From contig JAWLHY010000009.1 of assembly GCA_041690135.1 (NCBI GenBank), positions 1-64,000 on the forward strand: a stretch of 64,000 nucleotides of DNA. Direction: 5' to 3'. A program made the position numbers and the translations under genes. This stretch comes from Armatimonadota bacterium. GTDB lineage: Bacteria; Armatimonadota; SYMT01. This document shows positions 10,290 to 19,199 of the stretch, one piece after another (within the stretch, counting starts at the first letter, position 1; the number at the start of each line of letters is the position of its first letter). The notes beneath the pieces are model-generated. The model ran no database searches. It had not been told where the DNA came from and saw only the letters and a program-made list of their open reading frames with translations.

Positions 10290-11536
10290 GGGACGGAAGG
10301 TTCCGGCGCCGCCTGCTTTTCGGCGCGGGCCGCGAGGCGTTTCAACAGGGCGCGGGCCGGGCCGTGGTTCGGGTCCCGGGCGAGGACGCGCTGGCACTGG
10401 AGGGCGGCGTACTCCAGCTCATTGTTCTTTTCCAGAACCGCGGCGAAGCGAAGACGGAGCGCCGCGTCGTCGGGATGGTCGAAGACGCGGCGCTCCAGGT
10501 ACTGGCGCTCGTCACGGTAACGCGTGAGGGCGAGAAACCGCTTGCGCGCGGCTTCGGCCTGCGCCTTTCGTCCGATTCGGGCGGCATTGTTCGCCTGGTG
10601 GAACCAGGACTGCTCGTGGCGGTCATTGATCCGGGAGCTGGCCTCGAATTCGGCCAACGCCCCGGCGTGCTCTCCCCGCTCCTCCAGCATCAGGCCCAGC
10701 TCGTAGTGCGGCTGGAAAGTGTTCGGGCTCAGGCGGACCGCCTCGCGCAAAAGGGATTCCGCTTCCTCCGGAGCCGCATGGGAGCGGTGGAGAATCTTGC
10801 CCAGCAGGTACTTCGCCACGGGATCGGTAGGGGCCAACCGGACTGCAGCCCGCGCGTGCTCCTCGGCCGTTTTGTATTCGCCCACGTCCGAGAAGGACTG
10901 CGCGGTGTCACGCCGGTAGAGTGCGTTGTCCGGGTCCAGCTCCACGGCGCGGCGGAAGCAGTCGCGTCCCTTTCCCTGCTGACCGGTGGGCCGGTAGTAG
11001 GTGGCGCCGAGCTGGTACCAGGCCTCGGCGCTGCGGGGCGCCAGTTTTACGGCCTGCTCACCCGCGCGGACAGCATCCATATAGCGGTTCGACAGGCGGT
11101 AGGCGTGGCCCAGGAATGCGTGTACGCGGCTCTCTCGTGGGGCCAGGGCGGCGGCGCGTTCGAGCTCCGGCACCGCCGCCGCCGCCGCTCCCAGTCGAAG
11201 GAAACCCAGGCCGAGGGAGAAATGGGGCCGGTAATTGTTCGGGTCCAGGTTGCGGGCCTTCTCGAAGAGGTCCATCGCTTCTTCCAGGCGGTCCTGCTCC
11301 GCATAACGGGTGCCCAGCACCCAGGCGGGCAGCGGTACCTCCGGTTGCTCCCGCACGGTGCGCTCCAGCCGGGCCGTGGGCTGTCGCTCCAGGGACCAGA
11401 GCTGGTAGGTATCGCCTGTCAGGAACCAGGCCAATACCCCCACCACCAGCATTCCCGCCACGGCCGCGGCGGCGACCCGGCGCCAGCGGAGGGGGCTCTT
11501 CTCATTCGCCTGCTCGGCCATCGTCTGTGCTGTCAT
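10286..11536 (-). CDS. membrane-anchored tetratricopeptide repeat protein
   Basis: N-terminal TM helix and a series of TPR repeats (AVKLAP, AVELDP, AVRLSP). Confidence 0.9.
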   Translation of the reverse strand: MTAQTMAEQANEKSPLRWRRVAAAAVAGMLVVGVLAWFLTGDTYQLWSLERQPTARLERTVREQPEVPLPAWVLGTRYAEQDRLEEAMDLFEKARNLDPNNYRPHFSLGLGFLRLGAAAAAVPELERAAALAPRESRVHAFLGHAYRLSNRYMDAVRAGEQAVKLAPRSAEAWYQLGATYYRPTGQQGKGRDCFRRAVELDPDNALYRRDTAQSFSDVGEYKTAEEHARAAVRLAPTDPVAKYLLGKILHRSHAAPEEAESLLREAVRLSPNTFQPHYELGLMLEERGEHAGALAEFEASSRINDRHEQSWFHQANNAARIGRKAQAEAARKRFLALTRYRDERQYLERRVFDHPDDAALRLRFAAVLEKNNELEYAALQCQRVLARDPNHGPARALLKRLAARAEKQAAPEPSVP

Positions 11537-11672
11537 ACTCCATGCGGAATACGGGCCGGTGGTGCCGGGCGTTCCGTTCCGGAGGGACGATCGTCCTCCG
11601 AATGCAAGAGCGGGGAAGCGACTCGCGCCGCCTCCCCGCTCTTGTGGTTTCCGAAGCTATCCGGGAAAGAAT

Positions 11673-12377
11673 TTACCGGCAGGCCTGCGGAATGTTGTTC
11701 AACTGTCCCGGATCCGGCCGCAGGTCGAAGAACCAGTGGCCGCGGTTGGTGTTGTCTACGTACGCCCAGGCAGCCTTGATGGCCTTGGTATGCCCATCCA
11801 GGAATGCGACGTTAGGCGTGCCGTTGTGGAGACAGAAGTGGGAGCCGGTACAACCGGAGCAAGCGTCGGGGTTCGCGTTCGTCCATTCGACGATTCCGAT
11901 CTGGTCCGCCGGGAACTGGACCTGCGACATTGTGGTGGACGCCCCGCACCCCCAACTAAATCCCGAGCCCTCTGGATTACCACCCCCCGTGGTCGCCCAG
12001 GCGTAATGCGCGGGAAGCATATCTTCGCCACTGCTCCCAACGATATTGGATGGGCAGCGGAAGACTTGCGTGTTCTTAATGTACGGCTGGATTGCACTGC
12101 GCCATGTCCCCGGCCCATCGGGGCATACCTTGTTTGTCGCGTTTGGAGCGCTCCCGCCGCCGCGGACCATCGGGTAGCGTTCGTCGTAGTCCTGCGTGTA
12201 CTGCATCACCGCCTTCATGATCTGGTTCTGGTTGCTGAGGCAGCTCGACTTCCGGGCCGACTCGCGCGCCTTGGCGAAGACCGGGAAGAGGATCGCGGCG
12301 AGGATGGCGATGATCGCAATAACAACGAGCAGTTCAATCAGTGTGAAGCCACTCCGGTGAGGGCTCTTTCGGAGCAT
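11673..12377 (-). CDS. DUF1559 prepilin-type N-terminal cleavage/methylation protein with H-X9-DG motif
   Basis: G|[25 protein letters not shown]; [12 protein letters not shown]; AAGGAG RBS. Confidence 0.93.
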   Translation of the reverse strand: MLRKSPHRSGFTLIELLVVIAIIAILAAILFPVFAKARESARKSSCLSNQNQIMKAVMQYTQDYDERYPMVRGGGSAPNATNKVCPDGPGTWRSAIQPYIKNTQVFRCPSNIVGSSGEDMLPAHYAWATTGGGNPEGSGFSWGCGASTTMSQVQFPADQIGIVEWTNANPDACSGCTGSHFCLHNGTPNVAFLDGHTKAIKAAWAYVDNTNRGHWFFDLRPDPGQLNNIPQACR

Positions 12378-12679
12378 CGATCGTTCTCCTTTGAATAGGT
12401 GCGCCACCTTACTTCGTTGTGGCGCCGGCCGGCCGCACGACAGGCCGGCTTCTTTAGTTTACAGCAGGATGACGGCCAATTCCTGTCAGGGTGCAAAACG
12501 ACTCAACGAAAGCTCAGCGTCCCGATGCCGGCCCGTCTCCGTAGCACTCAAAATGCCGGGAGCAAGGAGCCGGGTGTACGGTAGGATGAGGAAAGGGATT
12601 CCCACATCACCGGCTCATGCCTCCTGGATCATCCTCGCACACCATTGGTTGGCCGAGAGACTGGTGGACTGATCGGGCG

Positions 12680-12898
12680 TCAGTTGCCGGCAGGTGGTGG
12701 AATGGTTCCCTGGGGACCATTGCCGCCGCCGGACGGCGCCATTCCCGCGGGAGGGGGAATGGCGGATGGGTTGTTGCCACCGGCTGGCCCCTGTCCCGCC
12801 GGCGCCTGGGTTTCGCTCATCTTCGCGTCGCCGCCGCACCCGGCCAGGAAGGCGGCCGCGACCAGGCTTACCAGCGCGAGAACCTTGCTGATCTTCAC
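12680..12898 (-). CDS. small Pro/Gly-rich lipoprotein
   Basis: MKISKVLALVSLVAAAFLAGC lipobox; 72 aa. Confidence 0.75.
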   Translation of the reverse strand: MKISKVLALVSLVAAAFLAGCGGDAKMSETQAPAGQGPAGGNNPSAIPPPAGMAPSGGGNGPQGTIPPPAGN

Positions 12899-13117
12899 GT
12901 GTGACTCACTTTCTTCAGGGGTTTCCCCCTGTTTCCTTCGACAAACGAGCCGTGGATGTTGAGGGGTTCTATAGAGCCCCTCTTTCGGCAGCCCATTGTT
13001 TGACGGCGGAAACGCCTCTTCCTCCTTTTTTAAAGTATCTTGGGTAATCCCCGGCTTCGGGTCGTACCAGGCACCGGAGAACGGGTTAGAATAGACCGGA
13101 GAAGGGAGAGCGGACGC

Positions 13118-13627
13118 GTGAACCTGTGGTGGAAGCGAGGTCTGGTTGCAGTGGGGATTGCCCTATTGCTGGGAATCGTGATCGACCTGGTCCAGTCGAT
13201 GGGAGAGGGGCCAGGGAAGAAGGGATACGTGAACTTCACGGGCCAGACGCTAGCCGGGAAGGAATGGTCTCTGGCGGAGCATCGGGGGAAGCGGCCGGTG
13301 GTCCTGAGCTTTTTCGCCACCTGGTGCGGTCCCTGCCGGATGGAATATCCGCATCTACTGGAGCTCCGCCAGAAGTACACGGAGGAGGACCTCCAGGTGG
13401 TGCTCCTGACGGAAGAGGATCCCGCCTTGATCCGGGAAGACCCGGACTATTCGAAGTCCCCGCTGCCGATCCTTACGAACGCCGGCGAAATCTTCAAGTC
13501 GTACGACGTACCGGCCCTGCCGCGGACGGTTGTTTTCAACGCCGCGGGGGAAGTAGCCGAAGACGTGACCGGCTTCGATGTGGGGGCGTTCGCGCGGATC
13601 GAAAAGATGCTCCAAGCGAAGAAGTAG
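13118..13627 (+). CDS. TlpA/ResA-family thiol-disulfide oxidoreductase
   Basis: N-terminal anchor, FFATWCGPC active site, LPRT cis-Pro loop. Confidence 0.9.
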   Translation: MNLWWKRGLVAVGIALLLGIVIDLVQSMGEGPGKKGYVNFTGQTLAGKEWSLAEHRGKRPVVLSFFATWCGPCRMEYPHLLELRQKYTEEDLQVVLLTEEDPALIREDPDYSKSPLPILTNAGEIFKSYDVPALPRTVVFNAAGEVAEDVTGFDVGAFARIEKMLQAKK

Positions 13628-13692
13628 CGCTCGGGGCGTCCTGAGGCTTGAGCTTACCGAAAGGTGGATTCTGCCAGATCGGCGAGGCTAAG

Positions 13693-15545
13693 CCCACGGT
13701 CACTGGGAACTGCAACGCTTCTGCTGAAGACTCGCTGACTTGGGTGCGGTACCCAGAAGGAGGCCGTGCGAGCGCGTCACTCCGGCAAGCCTTACTGCTC
13801 GTGTTGATACTCCAGAGCGGGGACGGGTGCCTGATCGCTAATGCAGCTCGGCGGCGCACTTCTTGTGATTGGGCTCTGAATCAGAGATGTGAACCCGCCG
13901 CGCCGGGCTTTCAGAGGTCGTCGCCGGGGAGACGGCGTGGGGCGGGGAAACGCTGGAGAGCGGCGCGGGTCGTATCGTCGGCGTCGGCCATCAGGGCGTG
14001 GAGATTCGTCCAGGGCCACTCCTCGGGCGTGGCGCAGAAGCCGTGCCGGATCGGGTTCCACCACATGTAGTTGATCCGGCTCCAGTAGTCCCCCTCGGTG
14101 TGGAGGAAGGTCTCCCAATACTGGCGCCAGACTTGCCGCCCGGAAACACCTTCCTCCTGGTTGATGTTGCGGGCGGTGTTGCCATGAAGGCGACCGAGGA
14201 AACGCGACAGCCCCCGATCATCCGCCGGCTGCACGATGGCGTGGTAGTGATGTTCCATTAGCGTCCAGGCGACGACTTCGATCTGCCAGGTCTCGGCTGC
14301 TGCCAACATCTCGTCGACGAACTGCTGCTTTCGTGTGTCGGAGCGAAGGTGGGGCCGATGGCGAAGCGTGGCCGCCGAGAGCCAGTAGAGCCGCCCGCCG
14401 GCATAAGCGTGGAGCGGCCGGTGCGGACTGCGGGAGATGCGAATGGGCTCGGCGGACATGGGCGACTATCGGGGGGCGAAGTGCCTTAGCTATGAAAGCC
14501 GCGGGAAAGTTTTAAACGGTGAGATCACTCGTGCAGGTGGTCGTCTGAATGTTTGGCAAGGATACGGTGGATTCCTGCGGTGGGCAGGAGCTTGATACCG
14601 ACGGACGGGGTGTTTTGCTCCATCAGCGAGACTGAGTCCACGCGCCCGGCGTGGTGCAACGCTTTTGGTGGAGGCACGCTGATTTGGGTGCGGTACCCAG
14701 AAGGGGGCCGCGCGAGCGCGTCACTCCGGCATTCCCCAGTGTCGTCGTCGGTTCTTCAAGGCGGGGTCGTGGGCCGGATTGCGAACACTGCTCCGTTGGT
14801 GAATGCTTTGCAATCAGGAGCCGGAAGCCTGTTCTGGTGCAAGGGATGCGGTGGTGGGTTTTGCCGGAGTGCCGGCGCTTGCGCGGCCTCCATCTGGTGA
14901 ATGGTGGAACGGCGCTGAGTTTCCACATCAAGTCCTGCGGCGATAGTGTTCGAGGTAGCAGCGAATGGGATCCCGGACGAGTCGGACCTGAGCGTTCGCT
15001 TGATCCACGCGGGAGAGTCCACGCGCTCCGGGGTGGTACAAGGCTTCTGCTGAAGACTCGCTGGCCTGGGTGCGGTGCACAGAGGGAGGCCGCGCGAGCG
15101 CGTCACTCCGGCATGCCTCAGTATCGGCGTCGATTCTCTACAGCGAGTCCGAGTGCATAGTTGCGAATGCAGTTCGGTCTGTGAGCGCTTTGCGATCAGG
15201 AGCTGGAAGCCTGTCCTGGAGCAAGGGATGCGGTGGTGGGTTTTGCCGGAGTGCCGGCGCTTGCGCGGCCTCCCTCTGGTGAACGGTGGAACGGCGCTGA
15301 GTTTCCACATCAAGTCCTGCGGTGGTAAGGTTCGAGGCAGCAGCCGGCAGGGACCTGAACATGACGGAGAGAGGCTTCCGCTTGGTTAACGAGGCAGTGT
15401 CCACGCTTCCGGGGTGCTGTAAGGCTTATGCTGAAGACTCGCTGGTTTGGGTGGGGTACCCAGAAGGAGGCCCCGTACGGGTCACTCCGGCAAGCTTTAC
15501 TGCCCTCGTCTATGCCCCAATACGGGGCCGGGTGCCTGGTTGCCA
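13693..15545. repeat. REP/REPIN-like array around the RAYT gene: four forward and two inverted REP copies in ~381-bp units
   Basis: Forward GGAGGCCGCGCGAGCGCGTCACTCCGGCA-like copies ending near 13787, 14731, 15113 and 15492; inverted copies TGCCGGAGTGCCGGCGCTTGCGCGGCCTCC at 14862-14891 and 15244-15273; unit starts at 14634, 15015 and 15397. Confidence 0.9.
13911..14459 (-). mobile_element. REP-associated tyrosine transposase (RAYT/TnpA-REP, IS200/IS605 Y1 HUH superfamily)
   Basis: 182 aa; HUH motif in AWTLMEHHYH, VWRQYWE, catalytic Tyr region NYMWWNPIRHG, PEEWPWT; flanked by REP hairpins; no tnpB. Confidence 0.88.
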
Positions 15546-15588
15546 GGGCGGAGGGAGACTCCGCCTGGTCGGCGGGGAAGAGCATCCG

Positions 15589-17202
15589 TTAGATGATGCC
15601 GCGCTGGAGGGCGGGGTCCGGGAGTAGACGCTCGGTCGGCAGCGGGGTGGGGTTCGGTGCGGGGGCGGGCGGGGTGGGCCGGAGGCGCTGGAGGCCTTCG
15701 ACGGCGGGGGCAAAGTCCCGCTGGGCTTCGACAGCACGCATGTAGTGGGCCACGGCCTCTGTGTTTTGACCGAGTTTCTCGTAGATGGCGCCGAGGTGGT
15801 AGTTCAGTTCGGCCTGGGAGCTGGCCCAATCGCGCGTGGAGCGGGGATCGACCTTCTCGAACAGGCGTAGCGCTTCCCGTTGCCGGGCCAGTGCCTCTTG
15901 CAAACGTCCCTGCTTGTAGTAGATCCACGCCAGGGTATCCTGGTAGGCGCTGTTCCCCGGCTCCATCCGCGTGGCCATCAGAGCGTACTGCTCGGCTTTC
16001 GAGAGGTCCCGCTCCACCTTATCCACCAGAAGCCAGGCGTGGTTGTTATAGGCCTGGGCGAGCAACTCCGCCAGGCCCGTGAACCGGTTGGACGTTTCCG
16101 CCAGCGGCAGGTTCCGGATGATGTAATCGTAGCTTTCCAGGGCCTGGTCCCAGTTCTGCTTCCCCATGGCGTCCGCGGCCCGTTCGAACTGGAACAGTAG
16201 GAGTCGCATTCGGATCAGTTTTCCCGGTTGCGAGGTGGCGAGCGCCGGGTAGCGCCGAAGCAGCAGATCGTACTGCCGGGTAGCGGCGTCGCCCTGTCCC
16301 AGGCGGATCAGTGTCTCGATGTAGCTGAACCGGAGTTCGGCGAAGTGGGGCTGCTGTTCCAGTACCCGCGCGATGCGTTGTGCCTGCTCCTGGGGGTTGC
16401 CGGCACGCCCGGCGTGGATCAGCTCGCGGTTCGCCGGCAGGCTGCTCAAGAGTCCCCAGGCCCCGTAGGCCAGGAGGACCAGGGCTGTCGTCACGGCCGT
16501 GGGGAGCGGCAGCCAGTCTCGCTCGGTCTGCCGGTCGCCCGCGATGCGGCTTTCCAGCAGCGCGCCCATCAGCATCCCGCCGGCCAGCCCTCCCAGGTGG
16601 CCGAAGCGGTCGACCCGGACGGAGAAGAAGTCCAGCGAGAGCTGAACCAGCAACACGGCGAAGAGGATCGGATACTGGCGGTTGAGGCGAGGCGGCAGAT
16701 AGGCGCGGTAGCGATGGTTGTGGACCAGCAGGGCGCCCATGAGCCCCATAATCCCGGTGGAGGCCCCGAGGCTGGTCGTGGGGGTGAACAGGTAGCTGGC
16801 AATCACCCCTGCCACCGCGGAGAGGGTGAAGATCACCAGCATGCGCGCGTGGCCGTAAAACGTCTCGATGATGAACCCGAAGATGATCAGGCTCAGCATG
16901 TTCCAGGCGAGGTGGAACCAATCGCCGTGGAGAAAGCTCGCGGTAACCAGCCGCCAGTAATCCCCATGGGCCACCAGCGACGGCACTTTCGCTCCCAGCG
17001 CGAAGTCCACGGCGGGCGCGCCGATCTCCCCGGGGCGCAGCTCGAACCCGGACGCGGCGAATTGCGCCAGGCCCATCAGCAGGTTCACCCCTACCAGGGC
17101 CACCGTTACCCAGGGGATGCGTGCCCGAGGGTGCCGGCGGGGCTCAAGGGCCTCGTCCGCCTGGGGGTTCGGTTGTTCCGGGGCTGCAGTGGGAGAGGTC
17201 AT
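15589..17202 (-). CDS. rhomboid-family intramembrane serine protease with C-terminal TPR repeats
   Basis: WRLVTASFLH, HLAWNM, catalytic GAS (SLGASTG) and GHLGG; TPRs such as YQDTLAWIYYKQG; ATG at 17202 overlaps upstream stop. Confidence 0.9.
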   Translation of the reverse strand: MTSPTAAPEQPNPQADEALEPRRHPRARIPWVTVALVGVNLLMGLAQFAASGFELRPGEIGAPAVDFALGAKVPSLVAHGDYWRLVTASFLHGDWFHLAWNMLSLIIFGFIIETFYGHARMLVIFTLSAVAGVIASYLFTPTTSLGASTGIMGLMGALLVHNHRYRAYLPPRLNRQYPILFAVLLVQLSLDFFSVRVDRFGHLGGLAGGMLMGALLESRIAGDRQTERDWLPLPTAVTTALVLLAYGAWGLLSSLPANRELIHAGRAGNPQEQAQRIARVLEQQPHFAELRFSYIETLIRLGQGDAATRQYDLLLRRYPALATSQPGKLIRMRLLLFQFERAADAMGKQNWDQALESYDYIIRNLPLAETSNRFTGLAELLAQAYNNHAWLLVDKVERDLSKAEQYALMATRMEPGNSAYQDTLAWIYYKQGRLQEALARQREALRLFEKVDPRSTRDWASSQAELNYHLGAIYEKLGQNTEAVAHYMRAVEAQRDFAPAVEGLQRLRPTPPAPAPNPTPLPTERLLPDPALQRGII

Positions 17203-19199
17203 GGTGAGGAGGGCACGGCCACCAGATTGTACCACCCGTCCACCGCAGCGGTCCAAGCCGGCGGTAGCCACGTGGTCGCATCTTCCTGCGTAATTACGGC
17301 GGGGCCGGCGATTGCGTGCCCGGGATGGAGTGTTTGCCGTTCGAAAACCGGGCAGGCCCGGCTCTGCCCGGAGAGGTAGATTTCGGCCTGACCGGCCGGT
17401 TCCGGCGCAGGCAGGTCCGGGCAAGGGTCGCCGTAGGGCAGCTCCGGCCGCGGCGTACGCCCCACGGCGCGGAGCCGGACGTTGACGACCTCGCAGCGGG
17501 CCTCGGGCGAGGCCGCGCCGTAGCGGAGGCGGTGCGCGTCGTCGAACGCGTGGCGAAGACCCCGTTCATCCGCATTCACGGCGCCAAGTGGGATGCTGAG
17601 TTCATAGCTCTGGCCCTGGTACCGCATGTCGAGCCAGAAGGAGAAGTCGGTTTCTTCGGGAGCGGCTCCCTCCGCAGCCATGTCTTTTCGCGCCCGCGCT
17701 TCCAACTCCGCGCGCAGGGGGGCAATGGCGGACAGCACTCCTTCCAGGGGGTGCATAACGGTGCGGGAGTACTCCTTGCGCAGGTCGGACATCAGCATCC
17801 CGAGGGCGGAAAGGATGCCGGGATAGCGGGGGATGAGCACGTGCGGGATACCCATTTGCCGTGCCAGGTCGCAGGCGTGCAGGGGGCCGGAGCCTCCGAA
17901 CGCCACCAGGCAGCAGCGACGGGGGTCGTGCCCGCGCTCGACGGAGACTCGCCGCAGGGCGCGCGCCATCTGGGCATTGGCCACGTCCACGATCCCCGCG
18001 GCCGTGTCTTCGGGAGAAAGCCCGAGCGCGCTTTCGAGCCGTTCCAGCGCGGACCGGCTGCGCTCCGGATGCAGCCGCATCCTCCCTCCCAGGAAGCGGT
18101 CGGGCACCAGCCGTCCCAGCAGCAGGTTGGCGTCCGTAACGGTGGGGCGTTCCCCGCGACCGTAAGCCGCGGGCCCCGGATCGGCCCCGGCGCTCTCGGG
18201 TCCCACCCGGAGTGCGCCGCCGGCATCGACCCGCACGAGGGAGCCGCCTCCCGCGCCGACGGTATGGATGTCGAGCATGGGGATACGGATCGGTAGCCCG
18301 GAGATCGTTCCCCCCTCGGTTGAAACGCACGGTTCGCCGTCGATCAGCGAGACATCCGTGGACGTTCCCCCCATGTCGAAGGCCAACAATCGGGAGAAGC
18401 CGGCGAGCGAGCCCACCCGCCAGGCGCCCATGACTCCGCCCGCCGGACCCGAGAGTACGGTGCGCACCGCTTCTTTGCGGGCGACGGACACGGAGATGAC
18501 GCCCCCGTTCGACTGCATGATCTGAAGGCGTTCCCGCTGGTGCTTTTCCAACTGCTGGTCCAGGCGGCCGAGGTAGCGGTCCATCAACGGCGCTACATAC
18601 GCGTTTACGGAGGTGGTACTGGCCCGCTCATACTCCCGGTACTCCGGCAGGATCTCGCAGCTCAGGCTGACGGAGAGCCCCCGGGCGCGCGCCCGTTCGC
18701 CTACGATCCGCTCGTGCTCGGGGTGGGTGAAACTGAAGAGGAACACCACCGCCACCGACTCGGCGCCCGCCGCCACGATCTGGTCCAGCACCTCTTCCAC
18801 GCGTGCTTCATCCAACGGTACCAGAACCTGCCCGTCGCGGTCGACCCGCTCCGGGACTTCGAAGCAAAGCTCCCGCGGGATGACGGGCCGCGGCTTCGTG
18901 GGCGCGAGCGAGTACAGCTCGTTGCGCGTTTGGCGGGCCAATTCGAGCACGTCCCGAAAGCCCTCGGACGTGATCAGGGCTGTCCGCACGCCACGGCGCT
19001 CCAGGACGGCGTTGGTGGCCACGGTCGAACCATGCACGTAGCGTGTGCCGACGGGAATCTGCAGCGCCTCCACGCCCTGGAGGAAGCTGCGCGAGGGATC
19101 GTCGGGCGTACTGGGGAGCTTATAGATGCGGATCGCTCCGTCGTGCAGGACGACGAAGTCGGTGAAGGTGCCGCCGATGTCCACTCCGAGCGCTGTCAT
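17199..19199 (-). CDS. hydantoinase/5-oxoprolinase A-subunit family protein
   Basis: GVDIGGTFTD, HGSTVATNA, SGPAGG, DMGGTSTD, GAGGGS, GPESAGADPGP. Confidence 0.95.
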   Translation of the reverse strand: MTALGVDIGGTFTDFVVLHDGAIRIYKLPSTPDDPSRSFLQGVEALQIPVGTRYVHGSTVATNAVLERRGVRTALITSEGFRDVLELARQTRNELYSLAPTKPRPVIPRELCFEVPERVDRDGQVLVPLDEARVEEVLDQIVAAGAESVAVVFLFSFTHPEHERIVGERARARGLSVSLSCEILPEYREYERASTTSVNAYVAPLMDRYLGRLDQQLEKHQRERLQIMQSNGGVISVSVARKEAVRTVLSGPAGGVMGAWRVGSLAGFSRLLAFDMGGTSTDVSLIDGEPCVSTEGGTISGLPIRIPMLDIHTVGAGGGSLVRVDAGGALRVGPESAGADPGPAAYGRGERPTVTDANLLLGRLVPDRFLGGRMRLHPERSRSALERLESALGLSPEDTAAGIVDVANAQMARALRRVSVERGHDPRRCCLVAFGGSGPLHACDLARQMGIPHVLIPRYPGILSALGMLMSDLRKEYSRTVMHPLEGVLSAIAPLRAELEARARKDMAAEGAAPEETDFSFWLDMRYQGQSYELSIPLGAVNADERGLRHAFDDAHRLRYGAASPEARCEVVNVRLRAVGRTPRPELPYGDPCPDLPAPEPAGQAEIYLSGQSRACPVFERQTLHPGHAIAGPAVITQEDATTWLPPAWTAAVDGWYNLVAVPSSP

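Noticed and set aside
14553-15404. ORFs overlapping the REP array (e.g. 14756-15313, 14651-15160)
   Set aside because: Translations of repeat units with inconsistent frames between units and no motifs
13693-15545. Repeats around the transposase read as a CRISPR array
   Set aside because: Repeats alternate in orientation, spacers are over 100 bp and mutually homologous, and no cas genes are present; REP/REPIN fits better
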